The notes beneath the pieces were generated by a model. The model searched no databases and was not told the origin of the DNA. It saw only the letters and a program-made list of their open reading frames with translations. Shown one piece after another: positions 59,865 to 64,000 of a stretch of DNA of 64,000 nt (position 1 is the first letter of the stretch; each line of letters opens with the position of its first letter). The translations under genes and the position numbers were made by a program. Origin of the DNA: an uncultured Rhodobacterales bacterium (GTDB lineage Bacteria > Pseudomonadota > Alphaproteobacteria > Rhodobacterales > Rhodobacteraceae). The stretch covers positions 49,332 to 113,331 of the forward strand of contig CAYXIZ010000001.1 in NCBI GenBank assembly GCA_964465485.1, in the 5' to 3' direction.

Positions 59865-61091
59865 ATGGGTCTTCGCCCGAGCAGTATCGAAAGAATTGTC
59901 GCCGCCGACTTGTGTACGGGATGCGGTGCCTGCGCGTCGCTGGCCCCCACCGCGCTCAAGATGCACCACGCCGAAAACGGTTTTGCGCGACCGCAACGTA
60001 TCGGCGCGCTGACCCGGTCCGAGGACAAGGCGATCGCTGCTATTTGTCCGGGGCGCGCGCAATCCGCGCCACCGCCTGCTGACAAAACCCACCGGCTTTG
60101 GGGTCCTTACACGAGCCTTTCGCAAGGCTGGGCCAAGGATGTGGAATTGCGCCACGCAGGTGCCTCCGGCGGGGCCTTGTCGCAGATGTTGGTGTGGCTG
60201 TTGGAGACCGATCAGGTCGATGCCGTAGTGCAGATCGCCGCGCATGGGGACGCGCCGATGGCCAATAGGATCGTGCTGTCGCAAACTCGGGCTGATGTTT
60301 TGCAAGCCGCCGCCTCGCGATATGCGCCGTCGTCGCCTCTGTCTGTGGTGTCCAAGGTGCTAGACTCAGACAGGCGCTACGCCTTTGTTGGCAAGCCATG
60401 TGACGTCGCCGGGCTGCGGCGTTGGGCTGAAATAGACCCTCGTATCACGCAAAAATTCCCTGTCATGCTGTCGTTTTTCTGCGCCGGGGTGCCTTCCCTC
60501 AAGGGGGCGGAAGCTGTTGCGGCCCATCTTGGGGTGGCGAAGCCGGACGTAGGGCGGTTCAAGTATCGCGGTGGTGGATGGCCGGGACAAACCGAGGTGG
60601 AGACCACAGACGGTCAAACCCGCTCCATGCTCTATCGCGAAAGCTGGGGGGAGATCTTGTCTTCCCATGTGCAACACCGCTGCCGCCTGTGTGCTGATGG
60701 CATCGGGCTTGCCGCAGACATCGCCTTTGCCGATGCGTGGGAGACGGATGCGCAGGGATATCCGCAATTCGAAGAGCAGGAGGGTCGCAGTGCCATTCTG
60801 GCCCGCACGGCATTGGGCGCGCAATTGGTCGACACGGCGGTGGCGGCGGGCGCGCTTCACACGGAGCCGCTGCCCATCGAGGTGCTCGAGGCCATGCAGC
60901 CCGGACAGGTGCGCCGCCGCACAGAGCTTTTGGGCCGTCTGGCCGGCCGCATTCTGGCAGGCGCACCGATCCCGAAATACCGGGCTTTGGGCATCTGGGC
61001 CTGCGCAAGGCAGACCGGGTTAACAAAGACACTGCGCGCCATGCTTGGCACTGCGCGGCGTGTCCTGAGGCAATCTAGGTGGCAATCATGA
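59865..61091 (+). CDS. coenzyme F420 hydrogenase/dehydrogenase beta-subunit (FrhB) family Fe-S flavoprotein
   Basis: CTGCGAC, ICP, ASGG, VGKPC, FCAG and CRLCAD...ADIAFADAW. Confidence 0.85.
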   Translation: MGLRPSSIERIVAADLCTGCGACASLAPTALKMHHAENGFARPQRIGALTRSEDKAIAAICPGRAQSAPPPADKTHRLWGPYTSLSQGWAKDVELRHAGASGGALSQMLVWLLETDQVDAVVQIAAHGDAPMANRIVLSQTRADVLQAAASRYAPSSPLSVVSKVLDSDRRYAFVGKPCDVAGLRRWAEIDPRITQKFPVMLSFFCAGVPSLKGAEAVAAHLGVAKPDVGRFKYRGGGWPGQTEVETTDGQTRSMLYRESWGEILSSHVQHRCRLCADGIGLAADIAFADAWETDAQGYPQFEEQEGRSAILARTALGAQLVDTAVAAGALHTEPLPIEVLEAMQPGQVRRRTELLGRLAGRILAGAPIPKYRALGIWACARQTGLTKTLRAMLGTARRVLRQSRWQS

Positions 61092-62338
61092 ATGCAATTC
61101 CGTTCCTCACCCGGCCACGGCGCGATCTGAATGTCTGTCTGATCCTGCACGCCTCGCGGTCCAACAATCTTGGCGTTGGTGCGCTGACCGTGGCGCAGGT
61201 GGACCTGCTGCGCGGGCTGGCGATTGAGCTGCATCTGAGCCTCAGCATTACGCTTCTGGACTGGCATGATGACGGGGCGCCTTGCGTGTCTGGCGATGAT
61301 ATTGAGATCGTACCGATCCGGGGCAAGGACCTGCTGACGCGGTCAGGTGCTTACCGCTATCTTGAGCAGGCGGATTTGGTCCTTGATATCGGTGCGGGTG
61401 ACAGTTTTGCGGATATCTACGGCACGCGGCGTATGAAGCGGGTTTTGTGGCTGAAATATCTGACCCACCTCGCCGGAACGCCCTTGGTGCTGGCCCCGCA
61501 AACCTACGGGCCGTTTACCAACCCGGTGTCGCGCGGGCTGGCGCGGGCCAGTCTCAACATGTCAGCGCTGGTTTGCGCGCGGGACAAGGCCTCCGTGGCG
61601 CATCTGCGCGATATCGGGGTGAGGCGAGACGTGGTTGTAGCCTCCGATGTTGCGTTGCGGATGCGCAAAACAGAAGCGAATTTGCCTCCGGCGAAACGCC
61701 CTCGGGTCGGGCTGAACGTCTCGGGGCTTATGATGTCGGGCGGGTATAATGGCGCGAACCAGTTTGGGTTAAGCGTTGATTATCCCGCCTTGATGGACCG
61801 GGTGATCACTGAGCTGTTGGCCCATCCCGAGCAGCCCGAGCTGCATCTGATCCCGCATGTGATTTGCCCCGATATGCCGGTGGAGGATGATGTAGCCGCG
61901 ATACGCGCGCTTCAAGAGGATCACCCTTCGGTGCATCTTGCGCCCGCGTTTGACACCCCATCGGAGGCCAAGGGCTACATCTCTGAAATGTCCTATATGG
62001 TCGGCTCACGCATGCATGCCTGCATCGCCGCCTTGTCGACCGGGGTTGCGGTCATGCCGCTGGCCTATAGCCGGAAATTCTCTGGGCTGTTTGGGGCTTT
62101 GGGATATGGGCACGGGGTCGATTGCACTGTGATGGGCGCGGATGCCATTGCCGAGGCCGTCATTGACGGGTTCGAGCGCCGCACGGTTTTGGCAAAAGAC
62201 GCTCAGGCCGCAACGCAAGAAGGGCTGGCGCGGCTGGAGGCCTATGAGGACGGGTTGCGCGAGATCATGGACGCGTTGGGCCGGGTCAAAGGCATGCCCG
62301 CCACGCAGCGCGCGACGGGCCAATTGACGCCTGCTTGA
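61088..62338 (+). CDS. polysaccharide pyruvyl transferase family protein (WcaK-like)
   Basis: NLGVGAL, GDSFADIYG, PQTYGPF, ARD..S and GSRMHACI. Confidence 0.88.
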   Translation: MNAIPFLTRPRRDLNVCLILHASRSNNLGVGALTVAQVDLLRGLAIELHLSLSITLLDWHDDGAPCVSGDDIEIVPIRGKDLLTRSGAYRYLEQADLVLDIGAGDSFADIYGTRRMKRVLWLKYLTHLAGTPLVLAPQTYGPFTNPVSRGLARASLNMSALVCARDKASVAHLRDIGVRRDVVVASDVALRMRKTEANLPPAKRPRVGLNVSGLMMSGGYNGANQFGLSVDYPALMDRVITELLAHPEQPELHLIPHVICPDMPVEDDVAAIRALQEDHPSVHLAPAFDTPSEAKGYISEMSYMVGSRMHACIAALSTGVAVMPLAYSRKFSGLFGALGYGHGVDCTVMGADAIAEAVIDGFERRTVLAKDAQAATQEGLARLEAYEDGLREIMDALGRVKGMPATQRATGQLTPA

Positions 62339-62343
62339 TCAGA

Positions 62344-62604
62344 TTACCACAGAGCGATGATTGCGGCCGCGGTCGTGCCGGTGGCGCGCACGATGCTGGC
62401 GCGCACGGGCAGAATGCTGCCAGACGGGACGGCTTCAAAGACAAGTGTGTCGCCGTCGGCCAGCGTTAAAGCGACGTCTCCGCCTTGGCCCACATAGAGC
62501 GCGCGGCTAACTTGCATCAGCTCGGCTGTGTCATTCGGGGCGACAAGCGCGCCGCCGCGTGCGGGAGAGATCGGTGTCGTCGGGAAGTTTGAAAATTTAT
62601 CCAT
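62344..62604 (-). CDS. GTA head-spike base protein (Rcc01079/GhsA-like)
   Basis: 86 aa, MDKF...SPA...PND..L....RALYVGQGGD...GSILPVR...VRATGTTA...W; matches the recalled Rhodobacter capsulatus Rcc01079 pattern in length and motifs. Confidence 0.85.
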   Translation of the reverse strand: MDKFSNFPTTPISPARGGALVAPNDTAELMQVSRALYVGQGGDVALTLADGDTLVFEAVPSGSILPVRASIVRATGTTAAAIIALW

Positions 62605-62668
62605 CGGGTCCTGCCATTCATGGGATGCGCCAAGAGGGCGCGCGGGCAGCGTTGTCCCATGGGGCTGG

Positions 62669-63841
62669 TTAAAATTTCAAAACACCTCCGTTCGATGCTT
62701 TGTCGATCTGCGCAGCGGGACAGGATGGCATCCGGTCGGCGGCGATCCATCTGGTGATCGTGTCGCGCGCTGCGGTGGCGTCGTTTTGTGCAATTGCCTT
62801 TTCAAGCGCGCGCAAGGTGGCGGCAAGTTCCAGCTCTGACAGGCAGGGCTCTTTCACTTGCAGGATGCGGTGGTGCTGTGTCGCGCTACGGGTTTGGCTC
62901 AAGGACAGCTCTTCATGCAGCTTTTCGCCTTCGCGTAGTCCGGTGACCTCGATCTCGATATCGCCGCTGGGTGTGTCTGCGTCGCGGACCTGCAAGCCTG
63001 CGTCTTTGATCATCTGCCGGGCCAGTGCTTGCACTGAGATCGGCGGCCCCATATCCAGCATGAACAGCTCGCCCCCTCGCGCCATGCCGCCTGCAGCCAG
63101 AACCAGCTGGGCGGCCTCTTGCGGGGTCATGAAATAGCGGGTGGCGTCGTCATGGGTCAGGGTCACCGGCCCGCCTTTGGCGATCTGGCTCTCAAACAGC
63201 GGAAGCACCGATCCCGAGGATCCCAGCACGTTGCCAAAGCGCACGATGGAGAACACCGTGTGCGAGGGTCGGCTGGCATGGTCCTGCGCGATCATCTCCG
63301 CAAAGCGTTTGGAGGCGCCCATGACATTGGCCGGGCGCACCGCCTTGTCGCTTGAGATCAGCACGAAACGCGCCACGCGCTGCGCCTTGGCTTCTGCCGC
63401 CAGCACCCGTGTGCCCATCACGTTGTTGGACAGCCCGGCGATCGGGTTTCGTTCCACGAGGGGGACGTGCTTATAGGCGGCGGCGTGGAAGATTGTATCA
63501 ACGGCATGGATGCGTAACGTGTCTTGGACGAGTTTGGCGTTGCGCACGGATCCAAGGACGGCGACCAGCTTGAAGCCTTGGGTGTTGGATATCTCGGCCA
63601 AGGCCTGCTCAATCGTGTAGAGCGCAAGTTCGTTTTGCTCGAACAGGACCAAGGTGCGGATGTTGCCTTGCGTCAGTTGGTGGCACAGTTCCGCCCCGAT
63701 GGAGCCGCCCGCCCCCGTAACCATCACCACCCCGCCGGCATAGGCACCTTGATGCGCGTGTGGCATGCGGCCCGTGCCTGCAAAAGCGCGCGTGCCGCTG
63801 GGGTGGGTCAAAGCGGAAAGGAGGTCTTGGTAATCTGTCAC
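62669..63841 (-). CDS. CapD/WbpM/PglF-like nucleotide-sugar 4,6-dehydratase (catalytic domain only)
   Basis: TGAGGSIG, FHAAAYKHVP, SSDKAVRPANVMGASK and RFGNVLGSSGSV. GTG 63841 chosen as start. Confidence 0.88.
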   Translation of the reverse strand: MTDYQDLLSALTHPSGTRAFAGTGRMPHAHQGAYAGGVVMVTGAGGSIGAELCHQLTQGNIRTLVLFEQNELALYTIEQALAEISNTQGFKLVAVLGSVRNAKLVQDTLRIHAVDTIFHAAAYKHVPLVERNPIAGLSNNVMGTRVLAAEAKAQRVARFVLISSDKAVRPANVMGASKRFAEMIAQDHASRPSHTVFSIVRFGNVLGSSGSVLPLFESQIAKGGPVTLTHDDATRYFMTPQEAAQLVLAAGGMARGGELFMLDMGPPISVQALARQMIKDAGLQVRDADTPSGDIEIEVTGLREGEKLHEELSLSQTRSATQHHRILQVKEPCLSELELAATLRALEKAIAQNDATAARDTITRWIAADRMPSCPAAQIDKASNGGVLKF

Positions 63842-63881
63842 TCGGTACCATCTCGTTCTGGATGCCTGCGACAATAGGGCG

Positions 63882-64000
63882 TCAAAGGTTAATGACTTGA
63901 TTACAGTCCATGATTTTGGCGGGTAATTTCGGGCTGTGGCTCCGCGTTGCAAGCTGCCGCAAGGTCCGCCAGAGAATCCAGAGGTCCAGCAGCACTGTCG
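63882..64000 (-). CDS. C-terminal end of a probable priming sugar transferase (partial)
   Basis: Manual translation ...TVLLDLWILWRTLRQL...* contains the D-L-x-I-L-x-x-T motif typical of bacterial sugar transferase C-termini. Confidence 0.6.
   Translation of the reverse strand, partial: TVLLDLWILWRTLRQLATRSHSPKLPAKIMDCNQVINL

Noticed and set aside
56335-62604. Prophage remnant as the explanation for the spike-like genes
   Set aside because: No capsid, portal, terminase, tail, integrase or lysis genes are nearby, and both ORFs are intact and embedded among polysaccharide genes.

Overview
This is chromosomal DNA from a GC-rich alphaproteobacterium; gene content and order suggest Rhodobacterales, probably the Roseobacter group. 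From left to right it contains: (1) a nicotinate-type N-heterocycle catabolic cluster (partial Rieske oxygenase, enamidase, MarR, molybdenum hydroxylase, 6-hydroxynicotinate reductase, UPF0280, two DUF1185 genes); (2) two divergent RTX-type secreted proteins that share a 38-aa C-terminal repeat domain; (3) an ABC-transporter (kpsMTE) capsule locus with wbpABE-like, LpxD-like, PIG-L, ugd and rmlCBDA genes; (4) pobA-pcaC-pcaHG plus a beta-keto acid cleavage enzyme, next to tRNA-Leu(CAG); (5) core genes (NDUFA9-like, uppP, gltDB, rppH, ctpA, envC, gpmI); and (6) a Wzx/Wzy polysaccharide locus. The most notable observation is in the Wzx/Wzy locus. It holds a homologue of the gene-transfer-agent (GTA) head-spike base protein (GhsA/Rcc01079-like) and a 743-aa protein that begins with the GhsB-type 'M-I-x-A-L-G-L-G-L' anchor but carries a predicted SGNH O-acetylesterase and a LamG-like domain. 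This suggests a co-inherited capsule and GTA-spike 'lock and key' module, with CtrA-type boxes at nearby promoters. All family assignments come from motif recognition and recall; no database searches were run.
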